A DNA stretch of 64,000 nt, from the NCBI RefSeq assembly GCF_000143415.4, contig NW_003314439.1, positions 3,337-67,336 of the forward strand, written 5' to 3'. The notes beneath the pieces were generated by a model that ran no database searches, was not told the DNA's origin, and saw only the letters and a list, made by a program, of their open reading frames with translations. How positions within the stretch are numbered: the stretch's first letter is position 1; each line of letters opens with the position of its first letter. The position numbers were made by a program, and so were the translations under genes. Origin of the DNA: Selaginella moellendorffii. Lineage: Eukaryota > Plantae > Lycopodiophyta. Positions 1 through 14,156 of the stretch are shown one piece after another.

Positions 1-1069
1 ATTTGATGTACTCTAATATATATAGCTCCACATGAAGCAAAAGGCTTTTGGAAGTGAACATCAAATTGCATTATTAACTCAAATAATTTTTGACAAAAAT
101 AATACAATTGCTAGAGGCATTATTGTAATCATCAATATATCCAAATGTACACTGCAAGATGTCTAAGAAAAAGCTCCAATCCATATGGGTTGCTATGCTC
201 AAATTATTGTACCACTACAATGCTATTTTTTAGGGATATATGGGAAACTCATGCAAACACTATACATCATTTTAAAAATGATAGGTAGTAATCATTGTAA
301 AGTGATCAAATTAATGGTATATATCATCCCACGGATTCTCATAAAAGAATTCTAGCCAGATACAAGGATTGGTAACAAAAGTAGGAGGAGTTACGTCACA
401 CACCATAAATGCCACTATCATTTGAGTTTGATTGTTTAATTGTAATTGTATAGCATTAAGAAATTGCATGAATTGATGTTCTAGAATCAAAAGAGGAGGA
501 ACCTATTACTCTACCATGAAAATAAATGATAATAAGTAAAAGAAAAGAGAAGAAAATGAAAAATTATTTAAAGAACAAAGATTTAAATGATGCAAAAGTT
601 ATATCTAAACCAAAAACATAAATCCAAGCACTTTTCAAGGATAATTAGAGCTACCTTTCATTTCCACCAATGTGAATGCATAAAATATAAAAATCTGCAT
701 ATTTGATTATACAGAAGCGAGTGATTTGAATTAAAACCAATCAGATTGACTACTAAAATCCCACACACTAATAATAGTATACAACATCATAGCCATAGTA
801 TGTCACACATTAAGATTTTTATTTTTATTGAAAACTATAATAACATATTTTATTTCTAAATTTTTAACTTTTTAAAAGTTTGACTTTTATTATACATTTA
901 GTTTTACTATTATTATTTCAAAATAACTGTAATATTAACTTTCTAGTAATGGATAATAACTATATAAACGCTCAAAAGACAAGTTTGTTCATTTATAATT
1001 TTTTAGCCTCAATATTTTTAGTGCATGAATGATAAGTAAAAGAAAATATCTTACATTTTCTTATTAAAT

Positions 1070-1440
1070 AAACGAGTTTACTTTTTTCCACAAAATTCTT
1101 TTAAAGAAGAGATCTTAGTTAGAAGGCAAGAGAGGAATCAAAAGAAAAATGTGGGAGAGATGCTATCTCAGCTTGATACCTGGTGTTGGACTCTCCGAAG
1201 AGAAGTGCAAAGCGAGAGAACAGTTGTGTCTCGCAAATAAACCTCCACCTCAATAAAGAAACAATGTGTGATCTCTGCAAGTCTTTGAGTCTATCTCTTG
1301 ACGTAAACCCAGAACTTAATCTGCATCGATCCACTGCAGATTCTTTTTCGACGCCTGTTGGCATGTCCCGCCTTGACACTTTCCTCCATCATTGGGATAG
1401 AATCCCGCAAAGAACAGCCTGCCAGAAACTTACAGATCTT
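1070..1440 (-). pseudogene. Degenerate fragment of the 3' end of the DExH helicase gene
   Basis: Blocks match the helicase gene at 6790-6890, 7090-7170 and 7400-7485 (e.g. gagagaacagttgtgtctcgcaaataaac; tgtcccgccttgacactttcctccatcat), with large internal deletions. Confidence 0.8.
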
Positions 1441-2169
1441 ATAAAACTCCCTCCGTCCTCGAATCCATGCCCACTCCACCACCCCTTGGCCTCCTGCTTC
1501 TCCTCAGCGCCCTTGATTCCCTCCCACAAGTCTGGCTGAACGGGAAGCCAGGCACCGCCAGGAGCAGTCCAATCCTTCAAGTTCTTCCAAGCAATTTAAG
1601 GCATGTTCCCGAAAGATAAACATACTTTCAATCGTGATTCGAAACGTTCTTTTCTTTTGCCTGCCCTTCCAATTTCATCACAAATTTCGTGTGGCTATGG
1701 CGGGCTATGTGGGGAGATTTGATAATCCGCAATAGTTCGTGCAATCTCTTGCTCCTCTCAATGATCGGATGTAGAAATTCATATTTCTGCCACGTGGCCC
1801 TAAATGTGTAACTTCAGACCACTATTTTATACATATATGTACACATTATTTTTAATTTAGGGTTCATCTCAACCTAAACTTTGCATCAAAATGAAAACAC
1901 TGGTTTAGGGTTTAGGGTCTTCAATCTTTTATCTTAAAATCACACCAGGAAAAGGTTTATTGTGTGATCATCACTTTATTGCATTTTATCCATAGTGTTT
2001 CTTCCTCCTCACTTGCTCCGTCTAATATCAATGATTGTTACACTAGGAGAGAGACAGCATGATGGAGCAATTGAAAAGGACAAAGCTAAAAAAAAGTAAA
2101 AGTGAATCATCATTCAAACTTTCTAATAACTAAGCTAACCAAAGTCGAAGATACCTTAGTTAAAGAGAG

Positions 2170-4347
2170 AGGTCTCGCAAATAGACCGACCTTCTTTCCA
2201 CCTGCGATGGAGGAGCAATGCATGATCTTGTCACAGAGAAAAAGGAGAGGGACTTTACCTTTTCGAGGAAATGCTGAAACTCTTTCACTCTGGCGGATTC
2301 TTTTCCGAGGCCACACCGTTGATTCAGGGCGTTGGTGACACTCTTCTCCATCATCGTTGCCACACAGAAGAATGTTAGCCTGCCAGAAATTTAGAGCTTA
2401 TGGAAGGAAAATGGTGCTATTAGAAGCTCGTCCTTGGCCCAACATGCTAACAGCAGTGACCTCGAGGTCTAGGCATGACATGAAAGCTGGAAAGCAAGCA
2501 AAGAAAGGTTGAAAGCTGGAACCTTGGAAATGAAGCCAATGTCTCTGAGAAGCTTGGCAAACTACAGTCGCATTTCGATGCCAGTTTATCAATTTTCCTT
2601 AAACGATTCGAGCTAGTTGAGCACGGGCATACTTAAAAAGCTCGCATCACAAAACTGTCTTGCAGCCCTTGCTCCTCCCTGCAAGAGGAGACGTAGAACG
2701 CTAAACCCTGAGAAATGAGCCGTGCACCATACATCATCATCTACATGGAAGTAAGGTTAGTTCAATGAGAAACAACCGGTTTAGCAGTGTTGCTAGCTTG
2801 CCAATGTGTATGTCCATTGGGAGTGCTGCTAAATGACTGCCTAATGGAAAATAGCGTTACTTCCATGTAGATGCTCACGGAAGAAGAATATCTAGATATT
2901 CTTCTTGTGTGAGCGCTCCATACATGCTTAAAAGTATGAGAGATTTCTGTACCTCGCGAAGAATGGACAGTGCACTCTCCACAGCTTCGGTCTTGCATGG
3001 ATCCAATGCCTGTTGTGACATTACATACATTACATGTGCTTACATGTAATGTTGTGACATTACATGTGCTTCTGTGAAAGCAACGACGCTTACCTTCTCA
3101 AGTTCTCCACCAGAAAGAAGCTTGATTTGCAAACAGAGTTCTACCAAAGGAGCACGGAGGATCTCTGGCAGCTGAAGTACTCGAATCAAAGAACAGAGTC
3201 AAAGAAAAACGCCATTACCTGAAATGAACACATGAGTTCATTGAAACGATTCTCTGTGTACAAACAGTAGCAGTTCCCATCTTTCACTCGTCCGGCTCGT
3301 CCTCTGCGCTGCCGCACATTTGTTTGTGATATCCATGAGCTTCTCAAATATCTGATAATGCATACAAATGAGACGGGATATCCTGGTGCCCTTTTCGTGT
3401 TTCTTCCGGTAAGTCCACCTGGTTTCTTACCATTCTTTGCTGTTTTGATGATAGGGAATGCTTAAAATACTTCAGTTATTCGATCGTTTAATGGTACCCA
3501 AAACACTCAGTGGTGATTGGCTTTCAGTTCTGCAAGTTACCATATGTCATTCTAGATTGTATTGGCCACAAACAATTGCAGAAACAAGTAGATTGTCGAA
3601 AGCACAAAGAAGATACCCACATGCCCAGTGCTAAGCATCTTGAAAAGGAAATTTTATACCTAATACAGATAAAATCAGAGAGAGAGATAGAGAAAATCAA
3701 ACACCATACCAGACTTTTCCGAGTGTTTTCAGAATAGTTGCGATAAAGTGATTCTTTATAGAGAGGATTGACTGGCCTGCTTTCAAGTATCCAATCTTGG
3801 CGTCCTCTATTCTTGTCACACATTTTGAGAGGCCCTCTGCAGAATAAGATTAGCCAAACACTGCTTACATGAACTTTATCATGTGATGAATAATTCTGCA
3901 ATGCTGCTAGATGACAAATAGAAGGTCTGCAGAGGATAAGTGCGGCCCGTGGCAGCCACCACAGGACTAGAAAATGTCTCTAACATAAGAATCACTTTTA
4001 AGTGGGTTCATTTTGTCCTCGTTTCTCTTTGCCACTAAGTCTCGCAACAGACTGATTAAAAAATCACCCTACACAGGTTTAACAATGAGGAACATCCATA
4101 AGCCACGTACCAAAACCGTCCGTTCGTAACAACCTGGGTCACTCTAAGAAAGCTTAGGAATTCCCCATGAACGACGCAAACGTACCGCAAGCCTCCGAAG
4201 CAATATGCCAGAAGAAAAAGTGTGTGTCATCAGTCCTGAAAGGCATGTCGTTCCATGTAGATTAACAAGAACCCAAAACCTTACAGCAAGTCGACGAGGT
4301 TGTGTGCAGACGATCTTACATGAGCTACCTTGACCGGCAGCGATCAT
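2170..4347 (-). pseudogene. Deletion-riddled duplicate of the DExH helicase gene (matches about 7155-10331)
   Basis: Colinear near-identical blocks including intron sequence, ending at tgagctaccttgaccggcagcgatcat (also at 10307-10331); frameshifts and stops throughout. Confidence 0.9.
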
Positions 4348-5003
4348 GTTGCCCCAGAAATGCGAATTCTGGCATTGTGCTCCAAGTGAGGGGTGAGCCA
4401 GGCTCACCTCCGAGAGCTCTAGGATTTTTTTTGTTCACGTCTTCATGCTGTAAATTTTTTGGGCTCGGCGGGCCTCCACGTGGCAAAGGAGCTCGTGCGG
4501 CTCGTTGATGGTCAAGAAGTAGAGGATGGCAGTCCCGTTGATTACGATATGTTCACTCGGATTGGCCTTGGCATTGATCCTGCTCGATGATGCTATAGAG
4601 TCTTGCGGCCACGACTGCGTCTTCGCAAGAATGTGGGCGACTTGTGTGTCAGCTCCACCACAATAGTTTCCATTAAGTGGCAATGGAGTTGCTTCTCGCT
4701 CTGGATTTATGGGGAGTGGAGCTTGGGCACAAACATATCACGAAGAGAGAAGTTTCATGCTCTTTGGAAGACCGTGTAAACAGCTAATGAATGAATATTG
4801 CCCTTCATTCATTCATATATTATTTACAATGGTCTTACACAACCTCCCATGAGCATGATTCAAGTATGCAACTGTCCTCTTCCCTTGGGCAGGGCGCTGG
4901 GTCGATCTTCCTGCCGTGCCGGTGAGTGTTATGTTCTATCTGTTACTACTAAATAATAAATAATATACTAGTAATAGTACTCTTCATCTGAGGTCACAGG
5001 CGA

Positions 5004-5671
5004 TCAAATAGCTTTACGGCTCTTCTGGCTTAAACGCATTACAGTATAGTCTTCGTGCCCCCATTTATCAATCCAGTATTGGATGTTATGCTCGCGGGTA
5101 GTGAATGGCAAAGCCCCTGAAAAGATTGGCCTCATATAAACTGTGTCCATGACCACCTCTTCTTTGTTATAAGGGTTGACACGGATCCTGCGACAACTGG
5201 CTTGCCTCCAGCCAAATGGTCCATTCCCAATCACCTGGAACTTATGTTTTTCACCTAAAATAATGTCCATTTGTGAGGTACTTAGATTGATTGCAAGGAG
5301 TAGAATATACCTGGAAGAATCTTAACGTAGCCTTCATCTCTTAACTTGTCCTGGAAGAAGATGACAGTGCTCAATGCCCAACCAGCTGCAGTACTAGCAT
5401 ATGAAATCCCAGAAATGGTTGCAGCTGCTGAAGTAATTGCAAGGAGTGCTGCAGTGGAGAGCCCAACCACTTCTACAACTCCATTTGCTACTAGAACGGC
5501 TACCAAAGGAGATGCTGCTCCAGCGGTGGCAACTATGGTGGAGATCACAGCAAAGGCTGTTACTACCCACTTGGCATATTTGAAGAAAATTTTGTCTTCC
5601 TCCACTTGGACCATGTAGACATCTGAAGTGTTGTTGTAGATCTCAATGTAGGAAGGAAGGAAGAGAGCCAT
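5004..5671 (-). CDS. Two-exon 203-aa hypothetical protein with a long central hydrophobic Ala/Val/Gly stretch (exons 5671-5311 and 5254-5004)
   Basis: ORFs 5282..5671 and 5004..5270 join in frame across a phase-1 GT-AG intron (ILPG|EKHK). Confidence 0.75.
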
Positions 5672-6609
5672 GGTTTACAAATGAGTGAAGAAGAGGTCGG
5701 GTGTTGGAGAATCGTTCGTGAATTGCTTCGCCATGGTCTGGTCTTTATATTGGTTCAATCGATTGACAGAGAAAATGTGGAGGTCCCTGACAATATATAA
5801 CCCTACAAGATGGAATCTCTTTCTAAAATAAAGCATTTCCTAGAGGTCCCATACCACTTGCAGCAAATATACATGTTGATATCACAGACGATTTGGAAGG
5901 ATGGAGAGCCTATCCACATTACTAATGGGTAAGCTCTGGCGGCCGCCTTTCTCCTTCCACGTGGCATTTGACGGCGCCCTGTCAGCATAGGCGGAGCTTC
6001 ACCGGCTATGGCCAAGATCCGGTTTAGATTCTGGGGATTTGTCCAGGTGGGACAGCACATATCAAGATTAAGAAGCAAGTTTTTCTTTTTTTCTCTCAAG
6101 ACGAAGAAGAAAGCTACATCCCTGATGGAGAGGAGGAAAACGAAGTTACTGCTAGTGCTAAGTATTGATTTAAACAGAACTGTCCCTTTTAATTTTTTCT
6201 TTCTTTTATCTTTGTCCAGATTCAAGTTTTCTAGTTTGGCAGCAACAGGAAGCATCAGCCCCCGCCGCATTGTTCGCATTGCCCACGAAAAGGAGTGAAC
6301 TTTATTCTCCCATTATTATTTATACTATTAAACTTTATTCGATAAAGTGGTATGTAATTAGTGCGTAATTGTTACTATGTATGCCCAAAAAAGGGCCATA
6401 GAGGACGATTCTATGCTTCATGTGGGATCATGGTGGAGGATTAAAAAAAACAAGGGAATACAAACTGGCTCTAATTAAGAAAATATCTTAAATTTAAGCT
6501 GTAATTCATTAATTAATCAATTCTGCTAACTGATATAAATTTTAAATTAGTTATAATAAAGCTTATTAAATATAACTTAACCTGGTCGAGGAACCATGAC
6601 ATGGTGAGC

Positions 6610-6700
6610 TCTATCTTTATCCAGTCATCCACAGCCTGGGATTTAAACCTTACACGAATATTTCTATCTCAGAACTACCTGGTGAGAAGCGCAAAGGGAG
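6610..6700 (-). pseudogene. Micro-fragment copy of helicase 3' exons
   Basis: atccagtcatc..gatttaaacc..tacctggtg..gagaagcgcaaagggag matches 7010-7143 in condensed form. Confidence 0.65.
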
Positions 6701-6756
6701 GGTGTAAACTTTGTTCCTTTTGTTTATAATTCGAGTTTAGTTATAATTAAACCTGA

Positions 6757-9700
6757 TCACTGCTCCACTAAAACGAGAAGTTTGAGCACCGAGTTTACTA
6801 CTTCTTTTCCACGAGCTGATGACAATCCCTGCAAAGAAAGAGATCTAGTGATCGTAAGATAGAGGAATCAAAAGGACAATGTGGAAAAAAGCTAGAAGCA
6901 TCAAAAGGTTCTTTCCTGAGGTGATTTGGTCAGCTCGCTGAGTAGCAAATCCAGTGAAGACCGCAGCTCTTTGAAGAGCACAGCAGTTCGCGCTGGAACG
7001 TCGATCTTCATCCAGTCATCAACAGTCGCATATCCAACCTGTGATTTAAACCCAGTAAGAGATTACATGCGAATATTTCCATCCCTGCAATACCTGGTGT
7101 TGGACTTTGATGGAGCCACCAAAGAGGAGAAGCGCAAAGGGAGAGAGAACAGTTGTGTCTCGCAAATAAACTCTACTTGTTTCCACCTGCAATGAAGAAG
7201 CAATGCGAGATCTTGTCACGGAGAAATTGGACAAATAAAAAAGAGAGGGACTTGCCTTTTCGTGGAACACCAAGAACGGGTGCTGAAACTCTTTCACTTT
7301 AGAGTTTATGGAGGAAGGATGAACGTAGACTTCACGGCGGCCATCGGTCCACCGCGGATTCTTTTCCGACGCCAGACCAGCGCGTTGATTGAGGGCGTTT
7401 GCGTGTCCCGCCTTGACACTTTCCTCCATCATCGTTGCCACATTGGGATAGAGTCCCGCACAAAGAACAGCCTGCCAAAAACTTCCAGAGCTTATGGAAA
7501 AAGAAATGGTGCTACTAGAACCTTGATGACTGATGCAGATTGAGCATTCTGGTTGAACGGCTGGTTTATCTCGTCCAGGCACTTATCAATGTCCGCAGCC
7601 CGGTAATCGACCTGGAAAAACGAGTTGCAATGATAAGAAACTTGAAAAGCCGGAACCTTGGAAATGAAGCCAATGTCTCTCAGAAGCTTGGCAAACTGCA
7701 GTCGCATTTCCCTGCACAACACGATGCCAGTAGTTTATCAATTTTTCTTAAAAGATTAGAGCTACCTCAGCATGTTTAGCACGGGCATACTTAAGAAACT
7801 CGCATCACAAAACTGTCTTGCAGCCCTTGCGCCTCCCTGTAAGCAAGTCTGATGAGACAAAGGAAGATGTAGAAAGCTAAAACCTGAGTAACGAGCCGTC
7901 TCCAGTTTTCATAAGCCGCAACAATGACCAGGTGATCAGACTGTCTACCAGACGCGATAGTACTTTTCTCCGCTGCTGTGTCACCAAATGCGTGTTTAGC
8001 TCGTTCAGCAGCATCTCTCTGTGCGTGGAGGGGGTCAGCTGGCATAAAAATGATTTGTGGAATGGAATACCTGACCAAGAGGGGCGACGAAAGGTGACTT
8101 GTGACTCAAATAAGCAGCTATGGTTAAAACTGGACTTAAACAGCCAAGGAGTGCGCCATACAGCAACATCTACATGGAAGTAAAGTTAGTTCAGTCAGAA
8201 ACAATGTAACAGTGCTGCTACCTTGCCAATGTGTACGTCCACTGGGAGTGCTGCTAAATGACTGCCTAGTGGAGTAAGATATTCTTCTTCTGTGAGCGCT
8301 CCAACCTGCGTATCAGATCAATACATGCTTAAAAATATGAGAAATTCGTCTACCTCACGAAGAATGGACAGTGCACTTTCGACAGCTTCAGTCTTGGGTG
8401 GATCCAAAGCCTGTTGGCACCAGATTAGGTTGTTCTGTGAAAGCAACGACACATACCTTCTCAAGAAACGAAGCCACATTCTCCACAGAAAGAAGCTTGA
8501 TTTGCAAACAGAGTTCCACCAAAGGAACACGGAGCATCTCCGGCAGCTGAAGTGCTCGCATCAAATAACAGAGGGTCAAAGAAAAATTGCATTACCTGAA
8601 ATGGACGCATATGTTTATCGAAACGATTCTCTGTGTAGAAACAGTAGCAGTTCCCAGCTTTCACTCGTCCGGCTCGTCCTCTGCGCTGCCGCGCATTTGC
8701 TTGTGATATCCAGGCCTCCATCATGCGCGACATTCTCTACAAATGCTATATCAGTATGAGACTTAGCACTGGTGCCAGGTATTACCCGTCGGGGTTCAAA
8801 ACGATTTTCTTTGTGCTTTCCACAATCTATGACGTGAACAACGTCTTCAATTGTCACGCTTGTTTCTGCAATATTCGTGGCCAGTACAATCTACAATGCA
8901 ATTGTTAGAATGACAGGGTAACTTGCAGGACAAAACGGTTTCTTACTTTGCGAATTCCACGTGGAGGCACTTGAAAAACTTTTCGCTGGTCTGCTGGAGC
9001 AACCGAGGAATGCAACGGCAAAAGCCACTCAGCTGCAGGACCACTGAATGTTTTCAGTACCATTAAACGATCAAGTAACTGAAGTATTTCAGGCATTCCC
9101 TATCATCAAAACAACAAAGAAAAAATTAGAGACGGTAAGAAACCAGGTGGACTCACTGGAAGAAACACTAAAAGGGCACCAGGATCTCCCGTCTCATTTA
9201 TATGCATGATCAGATCTTCGAGAAGCTCATAATCAATCACGTCCTCATTGACGTTCGCCTAATGCAGGTAAACTCAGAGAGAGAGATAGAGAGAACAAAA
9301 ACCATACCAGATTTTTCCGAGTGTTTTCGGAATACTTGCGATAATGTGATTCTTCGTAGAGGGGATTGACCGGCCTGCTTTCAAGTATCTGGTCATCACC
9401 CCATCCCATGCGGGCCAAATCTTGCCGTCCTCTATTCTTGTCAACCACATTTTGAGAAGCCCTCTGCAGAATAGCATTAGCCAAACACTGCTTACAATGT
9501 TTTTATGAACCTTATCATGTGATGAATAATTCTGCAATGCTGCTGGATTATCAGATGAGAGACGATATTCCAGTTTCTCGTATATATCCTCCAAGTAGAA
9601 GGTCTGCACAGGATAAGTGCGGCCTGTGGCAACCACCACAGGACAACCTCCAAAGTACTGAGAAAATCTGTCAGCATCCAGTGTCGCAGACCTGCATCAA

Positions 9701-12700
9701 GCGAAAAAAGAATGTTAATGTCTCTAATGACGCGGTGTACACTAACATCAGGATCACTTTAAGTGGGTTCATTTTGTCCTCATTTCTCTTTGCCACTAAG
9801 TCTCGCAACAGACTGATTAAAAAGTCACCCTGAAACCAAAACACAGGTATAACAATGGGGAACTTCCATAAGACACGTACCAAAACCGTCCGTTCGTGCA
9901 CCTCGTCGACAACAACGTGTGAAACATCACAAAGGTCTGGGTCACTCTAGAACTCTTAACGGAGTTAGAAACTCCCCATGAACGACGCAGACTTACCGCA
10001 AGCCGCCGAAGCAATATACCCGTTGTGCAGAAGAAAAGGCGTGTGTCATCAGTCCTGAAAGGCATGTCGTTCCAGCCGAAATCATATAAAAAAAAGTTAC
10101 CATTACCATGAAGCATCCAGACGAACTTGATATCCCACTGTACTTCCTGCTTCCCCGGGTCCTGCCTCGCATCGCTCACTTGCCACTCGTTCAGAAACTG
10201 AAATAGCCTGGTAAACAAACACAAACGCATTTATCAGCTCTATAGCTTAACAAGAACACAAAACCTTACAGCAATTCGACGAGGTTGTGTGCAGATGATT
10301 TTACATGAGCTACCTTGACCGGCAGCGATCATATCATCCAAGATGTACTGTGGCACCTGTACTAAAAATGCATAAACTCTTTATCTTACAAATTGAAGTC
10401 ATTACCTGAGTGGTTTTCCCACTTCCCGTTTCACCGCTTACTACGAGAACATTGCTCGTAATCAAGTGTTGGAGAATTGTTTCTTTAACTGACGCTATAG
10501 GTAGTGAATGACGCGCAGACAGCATTGCCTTTCACCACAGAACCAATTTCATTGAGGCACATAAACAGCTACCTGTACCTGATATTTTTTGTCTTTCAGT
10601 TTTCTTTCCTGAATGAGCTTCAAATGACTGCTGACAGCGTCATGATCTGCAAGGACTCGTGTGTTAGCCAGATCCTCTTGGTAACATGGACTTACTTGTC
10701 TGCCTGAAACTCTTGCGCTCACGAACGATGACAGGCGGTTGGAAAGGTTTTGAAGTGCTCTCCGTAGTACGTACAGCCTCGTCAGGAGAAACTCTTGGTC
10801 TTTCAGACTCAAGAAGAGAGCTGATAAAATCATCTCTAGTTTCAGTGTTGCCTTCCGTTGCCATTTTCCCTGCACATAAAACGTAGATATAATTCACAGA
10901 AATGGAAGGACATAAGAAACTTCCACCTTGCTCATGCCAACGTAGCCACATTGATCGAAAAGGTTCTGCCAACTCAAGGTATATAGGTGCTTCGGGAAAT
11001 AATGAAAACAAGCTCCAAGTGGCCACAGCATCTTGTGCCTCCTGAACGAGACAGCGAACACCATAAATAGTTGCAGGTCTACTGAGAAGAAGTGAAAAAC
11101 AAACCGAAACTGTGCTGAAAAGATCCGCGTCTGGAAAACTAAACGTTACTGGACCGCCGCCTTTCTTTTGTTTTCCTCGTCCCACTCTTGGACGGAATAC
11201 CGTTATCGCATAGTTGTAAGCACCTTGTTGAGCAGCTAGCTTTTCAAATTTAGGAGCTTCCCATCCATTTTTCTGGCAATATTGTTGAAGAATTGCTCGT
11301 GGAAATTTCTGTGGTTCATTAACTGCCTTTAACAGAGAAGCACCGTGAGTAAAAAAAGGAGAACGTTATGTTCTTACCTTTTTACGTTTGCTTTTGTCAC
11401 CACGGGAGTCTTTCATTCCCCAGGGTTTGATCTCCTCTTTCTTTTGCAATTTGAGCAGCGTCTGAGGAATGGTCACAGCTTGCGCAGATTCTTCGTCAAA
11501 CATTCCACCTAGATTTTCCTCGTCTTCCACGGCTTTATCATCAGAATGTTCCGTCAGCTGTTGCTTATTCTCAGAAGCACGGCCAGCGTCCACAAGCGAG
11601 CTTTCTTGATCAATAGTAGCAATCGGAGCAACTTGATCCTCGCTCGGTTGAACACTTGCAGCCGCTTGATCCTCGCTCGGTTGGTCAACTGAAGTCGCTT
11701 CATCCTCGATCGGTTGATCACTTGAAGCCGTTCGAACCTCCACAGAAGAAACTAAATCGTCTTCATTTAGCCCTGAGAGGAAGATCGTCAGCCGTATTCG
11801 TGCGTAAAACCTCATACCAAGTGAAAGCATTTTCTCCTTGAGATCTCTAATGGTCTTCCCTGCCTCGCTCTGACGTTGCTTGTCTTCTCTCGCCTTGGCT
11901 TCTGATGCAGCTTGTTTTGCAGATACAAATGCCAGTGCAATTTTCTCTGCTGAATCAAGTGGATTGTTCTACGTGATAAATATATTAGACGCTGTTACAC
12001 GTAAAAAGCACTTACTCTATGTCGGGAAAATTTGCCATCCACGCGCTCCTGTTCTTTCAACAATTAGAAAGACAGGCAAAACATTCAAGCAGTACCTCCC
12101 AGTCTGAAAGATCGCTCTGACTGTCGTCTTCTTCCTCCTGAAGTCACAGCTTAAACGCATTCACAAAAACGATCTCTTACCGTACCTCCTCTTGTTGAGC
12201 AACATATTGCCGTATCCAATCTTTGTCAGCATCGTTCTCTGAGGTTTTTCGCTTCTCCTTGGCATTAAGTTGCAAGAGATCTGTAAAATCGCTCTTTTCT
12301 CTGATGCTTTCGGAGGATTTACTTGAATCGCCTTGAGATGATGCCAAGACCTGGACAGAACCCCCTGGGGAAAACGCATTTAGCTCGACAAGGCAAAGAA
12401 AATTTGAAAGGCTCCACCTTTATCATCTACAGAGAATCCGGTACTAAACTTTAGAGGCAGCTCATTCGGGTGAATATTAAGACAAAGCCAATCCAATGCG
12501 GTCTCCAATGTAGCGTTGCTCTGGAAAAAATCACAAATTTTTTTTTAAAAAATGAGAAGTTTTCTCAGCTTACCAGCGGAATGGCGGCTAGAGCAAGCTC
12601 GATCTGCTCAGCAGTGAATCCCTCATTCCCTAGACTATCATAAATCTTCCTCAGCTTCTTCACAGCCTGCTTCTTATCGACGATCTCGCCGCCGCTGGAG

Positions 12701-12798
12701 CTTGATTTCGAGGCGACATTACCGACGATCCGAGAGAGCGCCTTCTCTTCCTCTGCAGACAAACGCACCAGTGCCACGCCTCTCTGCTTAGGCGCCAT
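6757..12798 (-). CDS. DExH-box RNA helicase, DHX29/DHX57-like (plant DExH7/DExH4 type), multi-exon
   Basis: Walker [36 protein letters not shown]2/OB region (SDHL, VYVHPSS) and an N-terminal UBA-like segment; starts MAPKQ and ends LVLVEQ*. Confidence 0.93.
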
Positions 12799-12905
12799 TG
12801 GCATAAACCCTAAAACTCAATATTTGCTGGGGAAGAGTATCGAACGCACGACCAGTGGAGCACAGCGATTTTGTTTTTAGGTCGCGGGAGGACGAGGAGG
12901 GAGAA
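12799..12905. promoter_or_regulatory. About 107-bp bidirectional promoter/5'UTR region containing a telo-box
   Basis: Divergent ATGs at 12798 (-) and 12906 (+); aaaccctaa at about 12805-12813. Confidence 0.6.
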
Positions 12906-14156
12906 ATGGCGAGCTCTTTCCTCGCGACGCCATCGCGGCATCTCGTCTGCTCTAATCTATCAGGTAAGCAAGATTTCTCTCGCCGCATTTGCAATCCTCC
13001 GTCGATCGTTCGATCGCTTCGCTTGAAATAAGAGCAATATTTCGCAGCGCGAGGAGTTAAATCTCTTAGAACAGGAATCCAAGCTCGTCCTCTGCACAAT
13101 CTAGGCAAACTAAGGTAGATTTTTTCTTCGATTTCTAAGGACTACGAGCTCGATCTTTTTCTTTGTTCGTTCTTCTAGTTCTACATGGAAGAAAAACGTA
13201 GACAAGGCACAATGGAAGGCTGTTTTACAAGAGGACGCTCCCTACGCAGTGGCAATCGGTGCTTGTGTTTTGAGCTCTTTGGTTCTACCAAGTGGACAAA
13301 CCAAGCCCGATGGCAGTGTTTTTGGTCCAGACGATGTTCGCTACGCAGCAATGGGGATTATAAGTTTCATTCCTTTGTTCGACTGGCTGGTAATCTCTTT
13401 TGTTCGTTCTTTGTTTTTCTTTATCGAACTTATGAAGGTCTTCTTCTTTTCTTACTATGAACTTAACTGTCTTGTTACTAGGCATGGGTATTTGCGTGGC
13501 TTGATACAAGCAAACGAAGATATCTCGTCTTCTCGATAGTTTATCTTGCTCCCTACCTCAAGTGAGAACCTGTCCTTAGTTTACTTCGCTGACTTGTGAT
13601 TGAAAACGATGCAGGAGTGGGATGTCTTTGTCGACAGATGATAGCTGGTTACCCCTAGCTAGTGTACTCGCATGTATACTCCATGTCCAGGTCAGTCGGC
13701 TGTCGTTTTTATCCTTTCTTCTTTTACAAAAGAGCTTGATATTTTCTCTCCATGGGCTCCAGCTTGAGATTGCTGTGAACAACCAAAGCTTGGAAGAAGC
13801 GCAGATAAAGGAGAACATCACAAGGATGCTGTTTGAGAAAACCAGAATAAAAGAGCTGCGGGACCGGGGCACTGGACTTCTCTCGAGGCTACAAAATCTC
13901 GCCGAGCAATCCGCCGTAAGAACTTTTCAGAAGCTAGTCACAAAAATGTCTTCTGCTTCTTCTTTTGTTCTAAATTCGCTTCGCCTTGCCTAAACAACAT
14001 CTTGCTCGTCACTTGCAGCATGCAGAAAAGCCAGAAGACTTCGAACATGAAGCCACAAACAACGAGTTTGAGACATGGGACGAGAAGTTCTTGCACAAGG
14101 TAAAGAAGAACAAGAGAGACGAGGTCGTAGACAGCAGTGAAAAGGCCAAAGAATGA
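12906..14156 (+). CDS. Conserved plant membrane protein of unknown function, probably plastid-targeted, multi-exon
   Basis: Ser-rich N-terminus MASSFLATPSR; spliced core RYAAMGIISFIPLFDWL|AWVFAWLDTSKRRYLVFSIVYLAPYL|..SWLPLASVLACILHVQ|LE; last exon contains WDEKF. Confidence 0.75.

Noticed and set aside
1-1060. AT-rich stretch, possibly old transposon debris
   Set aside because: No termini, repeats or coding motifs that I could support
5803-6298. Overlapping ORFs upstream of the orphan gene
   Set aside because: Low-complexity composition with no motifs or splice support
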